Assembly (NCBI GenBank): GCA_903813345.2
Contig: CAIIXF020000001.1
Coordinates: forward strand, 38,626,001-38,690,000
Source of the DNA: Owenia fusiformis
Taxonomy: Eukaryota
DNA length: 64,000 nt
Reading direction: 5' to 3'
Shown here in pieces: positions 12,752 to 24,837 of this stretch. Under the pieces are notes generated by a model. The model was not told where the DNA came from. It saw nothing but the letters and a program-made list of their open reading frames with translations, and made no database searches. The number at the start of each line of letters is the position of its first letter. Position 1 is the stretch's first letter. The translations under genes were made by a program, and so were the position numbers.

Positions 12752-15700
12752 ATGATGGGTGTCTCGCATATAATGTTTATAACTGCATTATTGACTGGTG
12801 TTTACTCGCTAGATGTTAACTGCAAGAATAAAGAATGCATCGTACGTGTTGGAAACAACTACCCAGAGTTCCAGAGATGGCTGTCACTTAACATGTCCGC
12901 CACAAATCTAACTGTGACGTGTACTGAAACTGGCGAGGGTGACCATAACTACCTGTGGTTATTACTACAACATGTCAGTGGACTCAGGGTATTACGGCTG
13001 ATGGAATGCCTCGTGCCCAAACTAGAAGGTGACGAGGACGTATGCGAAGTAAAAACGCTTACAGATTTGAACTTGTCAGGCAATAACGTAACTGCCATTG
13101 AAGACTCCGCCTTTTGTGGCATGAAAAACATACGAAGTCTTGACCTTAGTTTTAATGGGTTGAATACCTTAACCCTCAGTACACTGAATGGTCTAAGAAA
13201 TCACGGTTATAGTCGACTGCAAAGACTTCACCTTGAAAACAATTTGATTGAAGAAGTCACTGAAGATGCGCTGGCCGGGTTAGTCTTGCTTAAAGAACTA
13301 TATTTGTCCAAGAACCACATCAAAGTCCTTCCTAACCACATGTTTGCTGATTTAACCAATCTGAGACAACTTGAATTGAACGACAACGAGATCCAAACAA
13401 TTGGACGGTACGCATTTGCGGGACTACACGCACTTGTTCAACTAAGGCTTGATGGTAACCGCATCATGACATTTAACAGAGAATTCTTACCGTTGATCAG
13501 TCTAAGGTTTTTGTCTATCGATAACAATAACATTACTTCATTGAGACCTTCCTCATTCATGGGACTACTTCACATATCTAAAATTAATCTATCTTGGAAT
13601 AAAATAAAACGTTTGCCCCCTGGCCTGTTTCATAACATGGAGCACCTCAGAGAACTCGACTTGAGTCATAATGTCATAGAAGCGTTGTGGCCAGGGGCAT
13701 TCTCTCCTGACGAAAGGGGTTTTCTAGAAGAGCTTGATATCTCCAACAATTATGTGAAATTTATAACCGAGCATGCCTTTCAAGGATTATCAAGATTGCG
13801 TAGACTAAACCTTCGAAGCAATGAGCTGAAAAGTTTGAGTGGCGCAGACATTAAAGCGGTCATAAACTCCGGTGGAAAGACTGTCACGTTTACAACTAAG
13901 AGCGCATTTGAGGACCTTGTTAGTATCAGTTACCTAGATGTGTCCGATAACAGAATAACTGAGTTGATGGAGTGGCAGTTAGCTGAGCTAGAAGCTCTGG
14001 AGATTTTCAATGTATCTAGTAATGGTATAGAAATTATTGATGAACATACGTTTTATGACAGCAGAAATCTCATCGGATTGTATCTTCAGAAAAACAAATT
14101 AGAAGAAATACATGATGAAACTTTCTCACATACTGAAAGATTGGAACAATTGTTTCTAAGTCATAATAACTTAAAAGAGGCTGGGAATTGGATCTCAAAA
14201 CTCCAGGAGGCTATTATTGTCGATCTTTCATACAATAACATTGAAACCGTGACAATATCTAAATTGCCAAAAACTATACAACATCTCCATTTACAGTTCA
14301 ATGAAATTACAGAATTACCAGAATTTCTGATCTCAGCTTTGGAAACGGTCAAACACATAAATCTCACCGGTAATACATTCAAGTGTTTTTGTGAAAGTTT
14401 CCGAATTTACAAACAAGTGATGACTGCGACAGATGACCTTCAAACTGCTGATATCTCAGGACTTAATATGGAATGTTCCACTCCCGACACGTGGCGTGGT
14501 AAAATGGAGGAAATACCAAAATGTATAGATAGGTCATGCCAAGCATTGTGCACATGTCTCAGACATATCAAAGAAGACAATATCCAGGGCAGCGTTGAAA
14601 TGGAATGTTACAAAAGTAATCTTAGAACTATGCCCCAACATGTCCTTAACAATACTATAACAATGAGACTCTTGGGCAATGCTATTGATGCGATCGATGC
14701 CTATTCAATGAACCGCGAAACCCTGGCATCACTGCGAGAGCTCGTTATAGAACAACAACATCCTGTTGGACTCGACACCCAATTTGTGTCAGCACTTACC
14801 AACATTAAAGTAATGGATATAAGAGTATCTCAACTTCACATTACATATAATGGCTCTGCCGACATTGAATCGGTTCCCAACTATGACTTTATTGCAAGAG
14901 CATTAGTTGGAACTAAATGTTTGCCAATCGAGGGAAAAGACAAAATCACGATGGTTTTGAATGAGGAGCACGCTACAACATCTGCATTGTTTGAACATGC
15001 AGAGTGTTACATAATGGACTATTGTCCAACGAAATGCAGATGTTTGCAGGACACTACTGACGGACTGTTGTTTCGCAGAAACGTTACTGTCGATTGTAGA
15101 AACCAAGGGCTAACAGAGTTCCCTGTTTTACCCATTAATACAACCTTCTTTGATGCCAGACACAATAATATTAAGCGTTTATCGGTGGAGAATATACAAA
15201 ATGACAATATCATTTCCAAGCTACTTTTATCTGATAACCAGATTGAAAACATCGAATTGGAAAAAATAGTGAGCGTTGCGAATACCTTGAATGTTCTTGA
15301 TTTATCAAACAACAAGATCGCCCTACTAAATAAAAGTGTTGTAGAATTGGATGTATCACGATTCAAAATGATATCTCTAAAAGGAAATCAATTTCTTTGT
15401 CCGTGTTCGGGTGGAACGTGGATGAAAAAATGGTTTCTCAAAAACAAGCGACTATTTCCTTCCGTATCAAAGATATCGTGCAGCTACAGAAATAAACATT
15501 TCCCCATCATCCTTGCTCCATTTGAAAAGTTTGCTTGTTATAAGATAGTGTCACATTCCACTCGTGGTTCTAAAATAGGAACAGTTTATACACCTGCTAC
15601 TGTTCAAAATGCGAAGGACGGTTTACCAAGTAAAGCAACATCGGAAGACGTTGAAGACGTGAATATGTTACATAATCGAGAGATACAAACTGGCATAGCA

Positions 15701-16546
15701 ATGGCTGTTATACTTATGATAGGACTTGTGCTTGTAATATTATGTGTCAAATTCCGCAGTGATCTTGAGGCGGTTGTGTTCTATAACACAGGGATGCGCT
15801 TCAGAACAGATGATCCTGTAAGTGACAGAAAGTTCGATGGGTTTGTGTATTACACCGCCAAGGACGAGAATTGGGTGATTAATGACGTCATTCCCCAGCT
15901 AGAGAATCCTCGTCCCAATACCTCCGAAAGGGGAATATTTAAGCGCAATACGGAATATTCTCTTGCCAAAAAATATAAGATGTGTGTTCATAACAGAGAT
16001 GTTATCGTGAGTGATTATAACACAGACATTAAGGTAAGAAGCCTAGTAGAGGCAAGTCAGAGGACAATTCTTGTTATTTCAAATCATTTTATAAAAAATG
16101 AGTGGTGCTGTGAGGAGTTCAAAGAAGCCTTCAAAAATGTATTGGGAGACACTTCAAACTCAGCAATCCTCATATTACGTAATGATATATCAATGAGGAA
16201 TTTTGACGAGGATATGAAGCTTCTTCTGAAAGGTAACGTCGTGCTTAGGGAGCACAGCAAATGGTTTTGGCAAAAGCTGCTATTGGCAATGCCAGGACCA
16301 GAAAAGTCGGTTTTAAAGCAAGTACAAGAGAGGCGCAGTATGCGCATGCAGATACGTCAGAGTCAGCGTCACATGAGACGCCAACAGCAACAAGGGGAGC
16401 AACACCAGCTCCAGCAACGACCAGAAACCCCTCATTCACCTCGCGTGGAGGCTGCATCCACCAAATCTCCGGCGACCTCAGAGTCAACTGACACAAGAAA
16501 AAGTGCAAGAAAATTTAAAAAGAAAGATGAAGAGACAAATTGCTGA
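12752..16546 (+). CDS. Toll-like receptor, multiple-cysteine-cluster (Toll/protostome-type), 1264 aa, intronless CDS
   Basis: Signal peptide; long LxxLxLxxNxI array; LRRCT (NTFKCFC); internal LRRNTs (CQALCTC; CPTKCRC...VDCRNQGLTEFP); short LRR block; LRRCT (NQFLCPC); TM helix (IAMAVILMIGLVLVILCV); TIR domain (FDGFVYY, CVHNRD, SQRTILVISNHFIKNEWC, FWQKL); Q-rich tail. AATAAA at 16915 and near 17627. Confidence 0.96.
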   Translation: MMGVSHIMFITALLTGVYSLDVNCKNKECIVRVGNNYPEFQRWLSLNMSATNLTVTCTETGEGDHNYLWLLLQHVSGLRVLRLMECLVPKLEGDEDVCEVKTLTDLNLSGNNVTAIEDSAFCGMKNIRSLDLSFNGLNTLTLSTLNGLRNHGYSRLQRLHLENNLIEEVTEDALAGLVLLKELYLSKNHIKVLPNHMFADLTNLRQLELNDNEIQTIGRYAFAGLHALVQLRLDGNRIMTFNREFLPLISLRFLSIDNNNITSLRPSSFMGLLHISKINLSWNKIKRLPPGLFHNMEHLRELDLSHNVIEALWPGAFSPDERGFLEELDISNNYVKFITEHAFQGLSRLRRLNLRSNELKSLSGADIKAVINSGGKTVTFTTKSAFEDLVSISYLDVSDNRITELMEWQLAELEALEIFNVSSNGIEIIDEHTFYDSRNLIGLYLQKNKLEEIHDETFSHTERLEQLFLSHNNLKEAGNWISKLQEAIIVDLSYNNIETVTISKLPKTIQHLHLQFNEITELPEFLISALETVKHINLTGNTFKCFCESFRIYKQVMTATDDLQTADISGLNMECSTPDTWRGKMEEIPKCIDRSCQALCTCLRHIKEDNIQGSVEMECYKSNLRTMPQHVLNNTITMRLLGNAIDAIDAYSMNRETLASLRELVIEQQHPVGLDTQFVSALTNIKVMDIRVSQLHITYNGSADIESVPNYDFIARALVGTKCLPIEGKDKITMVLNEEHATTSALFEHAECYIMDYCPTKCRCLQDTTDGLLFRRNVTVDCRNQGLTEFPVLPINTTFFDARHNNIKRLSVENIQNDNIISKLLLSDNQIENIELEKIVSVANTLNVLDLSNNKIALLNKSVVELDVSRFKMISLKGNQFLCPCSGGTWMKKWFLKNKRLFPSVSKISCSYRNKHFPIILAPFEKFACYKIVSHSTRGSKIGTVYTPATVQNAKDGLPSKATSEDVEDVNMLHNREIQTGIAMAVILMIGLVLVILCVKFRSDLEAVVFYNTGMRFRTDDPVSDRKFDGFVYYTAKDENWVINDVIPQLENPRPNTSERGIFKRNTEYSLAKKYKMCVHNRDVIVSDYNTDIKVRSLVEASQRTILVISNHFIKNEWCCEEFKEAFKNVLGDTSNSAILILRNDISMRNFDEDMKLLLKGNVVLREHSKWFWQKLLLAMPGPEKSVLKQVQERRSMRMQIRQSQRHMRRQQQQGEQHQLQQRPETPHSPRVEAASTKSPATSESTDTRKSARKFKKKDEETNC

Positions 16547-19500
16547 AATTATGAAACTGACTGTAAATTATGTATTTTTGTGTATATATATGAATGTCTT
16601 GTATAAGTTATGCTTATTTAAATCTTTTAAAGATAATAATTTATGTTATTTAAATATAGAATCAGATTTAAAAATCCGATTCTTGAAATATTGCCTCGTC
16701 TTAATCGTTTCCTGCCTACTTGCTTTGTTATGAAAACCAGTGAAGGGTCCAGGGCATATTGCCTGTAGGTCCCCCTCCCCTTCTTTCTAATAGGTAGTCA
16801 TTCGTGAATCATTGATTCGTGCATATATACATGTACATACATTTCTTCGCATGTGCCATTCAACACCTGTTCCATATGTTACATCACTGTACCATATGTC
16901 TTTGACAAAAGCTAAATAAAAGAGAAATATTAATTTATAGAATATGAAAATATAATGAAGTCATTATTAATTGTTAATTGGAGTGTGCTATCAAAACACA
17001 TGTCACACATATGAGGACATAGTTCATGTAGTTAAAAGTGATTGACTGTCGGCACTTAATTTACAGAATCCACTTCTCAGCTATTGTTGACAATTTTTAA
17101 GTCACAAATTGTGGAATACTAGTAGCTAGCAGTTATGAAGCTGACAAGAAATGATTCATCCAACATGTCCAAGTGACTGTCAATGATCTTTTATCAAGTT
17201 ATAATAAATGTTTTTATGATTGATGTCAAATAGTGAGACTGATACTTGTTACATTTATAACTTGTACTACTAGTAATGTAGTATTCTTTCTAACTTATTG
17301 CTCGTATGTACAGTTATTGTAAAAATTAGCATTTTATATTGTATTAATTTATTGAGGTTGAATTATTGTATGTTTTAGACAATTATGAAAATGATCATTG
17401 TGTTACAATACAGTTATAAATACAGTTTGCAAACGTGTTTTATCTTCTGAAAATTAAGCAATCACAAGTGCTTTTAAAAAGAAATTAATATTTTTTGTGG
17501 TTTAGACACAAACAGTATGCAAATTCCATTGTGTTTAATTCAAAGAGGATCGATCTAGTACTAGTAGGTTTATGAAATTGTAACATTAATTCTTACAATT
17601 ATTTATGTTATTGCAGTGTTGAATTTAATAAAACAGGTGCCACCATGTAATAATATATTGATTCATTGATCAGAGAATTACATGTTTTAAAAGATAAGTT
17701 ACCAACCTTTATGTCTGTGTAATAATCACTCACAATAACATCTCTGTTGGAGGCGTTTTTAACATGTTCAATGAAGGTTCATATTTACAATACAAAACAA
17801 GCACCACTTTCCATTAATTTGGAACCAGAATTTATCTACAATTGTTCGAAATTAAATTATCAAAATCGCCAAATAACACGTGATCTGAAAGGTGTCTTTC
17901 TGTTACCATAACCTTGGAAAGGGGTGTACGGACATACTGTCGGAACTTAATAAAACTTTGAATGACGCCGTTGTCTCGTCGCACCCACTCGAGCTATGTA
18001 AGAAGCCATAATAACATGAATAATTGGTCCATTGCAGAATGTTAAGGATCCAAGATGGTGAGAAAAATGATTTCGTCGCTTAGGATGATTCTTGCTTAAA
18101 TTGCATTTTTGCATACTAACTCAAACGGGGAATGATACTAACTGTATATTTGGAGAATAATTGTAATCTCAATTTAAAAAACTATTTACATATTTATATA
18201 AAGATGGCAGCGGAAGCTAAAAAGTTAGTTTTGGAAAATAATTTAGAAAGTACAGTATTTGGATTTATAGAAAAGATGGCAGCAAAACCCTACACTAGGC
18301 ATTCGAATTTGCGTGTACATGACAAAAAGTGACTTTTTGTGAGTTGATTCTTCGATTATCTGATATTTTGAAAATGTTTTACTAGTCTCCACCCACTGGT
18401 CAAAATCAACATAAACTACGATCTACATTCTCTCAAAATGGTGGACTTAAAGTGTCAATTTGCCGGATATTTTAAGTTTACAACGAATTAATTTGCCTTG
18501 GCTACTCGCTTTTGGAATTTCGACGACCACATTAACTGTCCAAGCTTTCATGACAAAGGTACTGCAATCTTATAAATTCTTGTATATTATTGTCGAATAC
18601 CGATCCAACAAATCACATAATTAGTACTACCACGGTACCGTATCACTGCAAATCAGTTATTGTGTCAGTTGTAGAAGATATCGTTGGAACTTGACGTTCA
18701 CACGTGGATTTATCATTCTGTGAATTTTCTGATTGGTGTGTCCGGAATGCCAAAGCAGAATGACCACACGAAGTAGTTTATTTCGATGAAAACTTTTACT
18801 GTCCGCCATTTTGAAAGAGAAAGCGTTGTTACCCTTTCCTGATACCGACCGATGCCTCTTCTCTGAACTGATGAAATGTTTTGCACCTGGTTTGAAAACT
18901 CGATTGTTGGATTATGTAGATAAATTCAGAACTAACCTATATATTTGCAATTGCGTTTATTGTAATCAGTATAAAAATATACATCGCTGGGGATCTATAC
19001 TGAGGCAAGGAATCTTCAGCTTGCTTCAACGTGGATGTACATCCACCGCCAGAATTTGATTATTATGGTGGAAGTGCCTCCATATTGAAACAAGGTCTTT
19101 CTAGTGTCCAGCTGATCGGCAGTACACACACGAGATCCCTTTGAATTGTACATACTAACCACTCCTCATGTCACATACAATTTAAATCAAAGATGTTTTT
19201 GTGACTACTAAAACGTATTCAGGTAATACATGTAATACCCATCTTAAAAATTACACAAGATATCAAAACTATGGTAATTCAACATTTTATGCCAGGATGG
19301 CGTGCAAGTTTAATATCCCATTCCTTTCTATTCGATTTTACTCATAGTTCATTATGGTGGAGTATCACTAAATACAGATCTATATATTAAACTCTCAGAT
19401 GTGATTACTTTTACGTTTGTATTGCAGCGGGCAGGATAATCGCTATTTCACTGTTGTTTCACTAACGTGAACAAATGTCTAAGTTTCAAATACTTGGGGA

Positions 19501-19972
19501 AATATTTTACATTTAGATTTTTGATAAATACTGATTTTCCAACTAAGTTCAAAATGCAAAAAAACGAGGTATACCCTTTTCTGCCGGTTACCAGGTTACC
19601 AACCATTGTGTATGTTACCCATTTGAGTATCACGACAATCAACCCATTTTCGAACAGTGAAAAACATCTTTGCATAAATCATCAGGTAATGTTCCTGAAT
19701 CTTTCTAACATTGTTTCTTAGCAAGTAAAGTACTAAAGTATTTGCTGCAGCTATTTCGACATGCAATCCATAACACAGAATAGCCCAGTATACGTGTAAT
19801 GATCCTTCACCATTCATTCTGAGTTGAGATAACTGAAGCCAATCAGTAATAAAACACATGTCAAAATGTCACTGTGAAGACATGTTGTTGGCAAGAATTG
19901 GTCCCATATTTTTCTCATATTAATACACAGCATGAATACTTGATGGTATAAGCACTATGTACTGTAGACAAA

Positions 19973-21042
19973 CTAGCTGGGGAGTATCATGCACTGTAGC
20001 GTCTCCACATACCCTTTACCAGCTCGTTTATAGTTCCAGGCATGACGGCCTCCTCTTTGTTTACTAAATATCATTCTTTCCTGATTTGTGCTTCTACACG
20101 ACGCTTTAGACACCTAAAATAACAAAAATAGCAGGACATTTTAGCTTTAGAACCAGTTTCAGAAGATAGAGTGAAACATTTAATTTGTTGACGCTTGCTA
20201 CTCCAGGTGTGCTACGCCAGGGTGCTACGCTAGCCTACTGGTATACTTTATCATGAAAAGAGTAAATTAAACGCCACGTGACAACGTGAAGGAGTCCTCA
20301 GTCCAACAAAGAAAATACAATCGGACTTTTGAAAAGTATGACATTGAAACAAAATACAGAACAGATGTTAAAAGAATAGATTGTTGACATGCGTTTATCA
20401 TTCTCATTTGACATATATGTCTAGAAAGTCTGTTCACCCGCTAAACGGTATACTTACATATGCTGCCCATAGAGGTCGCTCCTCTCCATGCTTTTTTAAC
20501 AACTCAACACATAGTGCACTGAGGTCATTTTCCCCAGTATCGGGAATGTCTCCACATTCTTTGTCACGACTCAATCCCTCCAAATAACCATATACCAGTC
20601 TCTTCCCCCTATCTATCCTGAAACATGATTGTTAAAAACCTTCTCAGTTTATCCCAAGATGTATAATTATAAATCCTCGAACTATTGAAAATCAAAGATT
20701 AAATTATTTATGTTCGCATTAAACTTGATTAATTAACCCATCATCTGACGTCTACCAATAGATGGCAACATTGAATCTCTCTGCATTAGAGAATGGATGT
20801 AACACGATTCCCAGAATTGCATTTATACAGAGACATGATTTATTGAACTTCTATATTTTATTGAATAACACGATTTATTCACTGTAATTAGAAACTCCTT
20901 CATGTAAGAATTTAATTAATAATGTTAAAATATTACGTTATGTTTGAACAGATCCACGTTTGAGATGGGAAGAATCCGTTCCCCGACGGCTGACAATTTA
21001 TCACTTTGCCCGACACCACAGTGGTTGTCATGAATGCCTTTC
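19973..21042 (-). CDS. Three putative exons (21042-20937, 20617-20458, 20113-19973) of an unidentified gene or pseudogene convergent with the TLR
   Basis: Pyrimidine-rich acceptors (TTTTTTTCAG, TGTTTCAG, TATTTTAG) and donors (GTAATA, GTAAGT). Phases 2 and 0 join without stops: KAFMTTTVVSGKVINCQPSGNGFFPSQTWICSNIT-IDRGKRLVYGYLEG...RPLWAAY-VSKASCR...MILPS*. No family recognised. Confidence 0.4.
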
Positions 21043-23373
21043 CTGAAAAAAAGTAGAAAAATGCGATAAAATAACTTTTATAATATTAAAAGTAGAAATA
21101 TGAGTTGAAATATAGAGTTTTAGCTGAAAATTAAAACAAACAAATTGTTTGAGATTACACATTTTCGATTTATTTCTAAATCTTCTTCAGGTAAACAGTT
21201 TACTTGAAGAAAACTTATTAATTACCACCTTGCCGGGCCTGTTCTAGGGGTATTAGTGCGAGTTTAGGGCATTTATTTTACTATATCGACCTGAGCAATA
21301 TGTGACGCCACAATGGCAGGCCATAGTGGCGGGCAAATAATGCATTAACGCCCGGCAATTTTACCCGGGAAATGAGATATCGTTCAATGCGTAGAAGTTT
21401 TGCTAATTCAGCCCTGGGCATTAATTAAACGGTGGTAATATTACTGATAACGTCATTTCTGCGGGCAATATAGTGAAATACTTGACCTTGGGCATATTGC
21501 CCTTCGAAATGACGTTATTCAGTGTAAGCTTACTATTAACATAATACATAGTTGAAGGATGGTATCCGAAGATAAAGAATCTTGAACGATGGGACCTTGT
21601 CATAAAAGATTCACACCGAAGTCCATACAGTCCCGCCAAAGTGTTAAAAATGAAATGATTGTCATTGTTCCCATGGGATATGGTGAGGTAAAAAGTCACA
21701 CGGAGGGGCACTATGTCCAATGAGGTCCCATGGAGTGAAGTCCCATCGAAACCCATGAGTTCCATGGCCATAAAATGTTTGAAATTTGAATCATGGGCGT
21801 AACCAGTAGGCAATAATGAATTAACAACTGCCTCGTCAAAACTTTTCGGAAAATAATCATTAAGACGTTTTCAACGAGAAAAGTCCGAATGTAGAAATGT
21901 AACTCCTTTTTTAGCCTCAATTTTCCTCGCTTATTTACATTTCCCTCGCCAAATCTCGCCAAATATGGGCATACTTAAACAACCGGAGTTATTGTCACAC
22001 TGTTCATTGCCTTTCTCTCGAATAATACCTTGGATGAGTCAACACGTCTGGCTGCTTGCAGTAATATTTAATAAGGATCAAAAAACGCTCGCGTCGTCTT
22101 CTAGAGATCAATTTCCTTTTTAATAAAACAGCAATACCCTGTTATGAGGATCAGACAGGCAGCACATCTGCCTCTAATTTACAACCCAGCTTGTGACTAA
22201 CGTTATGCATCATAGTAAGTTGCGGATTTTGGGATCTTTTATTAACCATATTCTTAGCTTACCTTGAACCATGGGCTTTCAATTAGATTCTAGTTGAAAC
22301 AAAGCCCATGCTTGAACTGAAGAAGAAAGACGGAAGATTTTTGTAAAATTCAAGATAAATCTTAATTTTCTGGCTTATCGCACCCCCCCCCCCCCCCCCC
22401 TGACTGAAAGCTGGCTACACCCCTGTCTGACAAAAGATTAGACAGTTTTGATCCCATCAGATGTTAATGACCCAAAAAGCTGCTATAGTTTTTCATGGTG
22501 GTTTAAATATGCTAAATAAATGGACTGGTTACTTATGAAGCCACACTACTCCATGTGATTGTTACTCTGATTATGTCGTTGTATTATGTTCGACCTGATC
22601 TAATTATTAGGTTACGTTAGACATGTTAGATTAAAGAATTAGCTCTAAATCTTATTCAAAGAGCGTCTTTTAAAGAAAATGAAAAATGAGAGATGCATAA
22701 TATGAGACTGTTGAAAAAGGTAGCCATATCCTTATCAAGCTGTCGTACATTGTTATGTTCAACAAAATTCTAACCTTAATTGTTGTATATCGTGCAGTCC
22801 CATTTATGACTGTCCCAAAGCAGACCCATAGAATTCTAAAAACAATCGAATTGATTTCTTCTTATTACGAGCAAGAAATGTTTCCCCTGATGAGCAACAA
22901 CTATCGGGATAATAATTGCAAGGGGGAAAGTCACCTTCAGATGCGGTCGAATTGGGAATAGAGAAAAACAACCGCATAGCTTGTGGATACACGTACTGAA
23001 TAGCATATAAATGTAAGTCTTGCATCGAGCCCTTGTGACTCACTGACCCCTCCACCTATCTAACACTTCACCCTCATAAGAGGTGAAGTGGATAGGGGTA
23101 GCAGAGACTTGAAAGCAAGAGTAATTGGTATTTGGCATATGGGATCGACCATCGGCCGTCAACATTGGTGCTACAAATTAAACCTGCAGCTGATATTCGT
23201 AATGGGTCGTACGTACTATTACATACTTTCGTACCACCACCAGATCCATTGACTACTGTAATAGGGCCGGGTTGTGTCATTTTTTACAATTTCTTTACTA
23301 ACAAACTTTTTTACAGGCTCTACAATGTATGCATTTTGAGTGTCTTATATTAATATTAAATTGTATCACATCG

Positions 23374-23524
23374 TTGCTATGGAAACGCCATTTGTCCGTT
23401 CGAAAATGTCAATTTGCATTTTTTAGGGATACATTCATATAAGATGTTTTGCTATGGAAACGCCATCTATCTGTTTGAAAATGTCAATTTGCATTCTTTT
23501 TGAGGGATACATTCATATAAGATG
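23374..23524. repeat. Imperfect tandem duplication of about 75 bp
   Basis: TTGCTATGGAAACGCCAT...GGGATACATTCATATAAGATG occurs twice in tandem. Confidence 0.8.
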
Positions 23525-24837
23525 CTTTGTAGTAAAGATAATTTATTTAAGACAACAGCATCTATCCATTTTCCATCAAAGTTGTGACAACATCACGTAC
23601 CCTCAAACATTATAGTCGAGTAACTTCCCTTCCCTTCATCATGTTCATTATAAAAATTGGCATGAGGCGTTGTTACTCAATTATAAGCATTGGTCACAAT
23701 CATCAATGATTATTTCTCTCTGGTGTAATTTTAGATAGATATTTGAATTCTGTGATTTAAAGGGCAGATATAATATTGTTAACGTTGCTATAGCAACCAT
23801 ACAACATCGACAATCAACAGAATTAAATATTTGAAATAACACAATACAATGTAACAATGTAACACTCTGTATCATCTATGTAATATGTATCTTGTTTGGA
23901 TTCCTCTGTCTGGATTTTCCCAAGTCTTCATAATTTAAATATATTAAAGTCCAAAAAATTAGGGTTATCGATGATGTATTTGTAAAGTTAGTCATTTTCA
24001 ATGTATCCCCAAGTTTTGTGGTCCAAATTATCCCCAAATTAAGTGGTATAAATATGAATTTTTCTCCGAACCTGAATTTTTTACTAATTATGGCCATAGT
24101 GGAATGAGAAATGTGTTTTAGGATGTAGTCTAATGTTACTGATATGGTCCCCGTATATCCCTTCCATACCGCAAATTGATGGCCTAAGCCCATAGCCTAT
24201 ACTTTGTGGTGTGATTTTATTCATGTCATGTGCCCTTTTGTTCAAGTATTGTTCTAGTTTTGATCTGTCATGACCACTTTCCGAGTCCTTTTAATGGTTT
24301 TCAATTTGCTGATTTTGACATCGAAAAGTCACATTTTGGCACAGTTCACTGTGTGAGCTTAGGGGACATGCGTCCTTTATTATTCATAATGTATGGTATT
24401 GTATTTTGTTTACCAGTGATGGAAGCTCTCTAGGGAGCTGTCTCGATAGACTGTATTCGTCAATAATTTGTAATTGATTATGATTGCGCTACAGTCTTGC
24501 GCGTAATCTCAGTAAAACAGGGCTAAATATGATTCATTTAGCATTTATAATATAGCATGTGAATGGGCGACTTCTTGACTGAATATGGGGTCTTGGACTG
24601 TGAAGTGGACTGATAATACAAGCACGAATATGCTTTTGTTCTACAAAATTGATTGATAACCCAAACATGACTTCGTTGACTAATTGTTTTCCTATTCCTC
24701 ATGTCAGCGTGGCCTCTTACAAGTGTAACTACAATGTAATTAACCATACTTTTCAAATAATATTCTATTTAGAATTTCATTGATTATTGGTTCTAATCGG
24801 GTGTCTACAAAACAAAGACCTAAGACCTAAGACCTAC

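Noticed and set aside
12949..16508. Antisense and alternate-frame ORFs within the TLR
   Set aside because: Short shadows of a long CDS with no independent motifs.
18640..18910. Possible THAP-domain remnant on the minus strand (KHF, VPTI)
   Set aside because: The motifs fall in different frames and lack the C2CH spacing.
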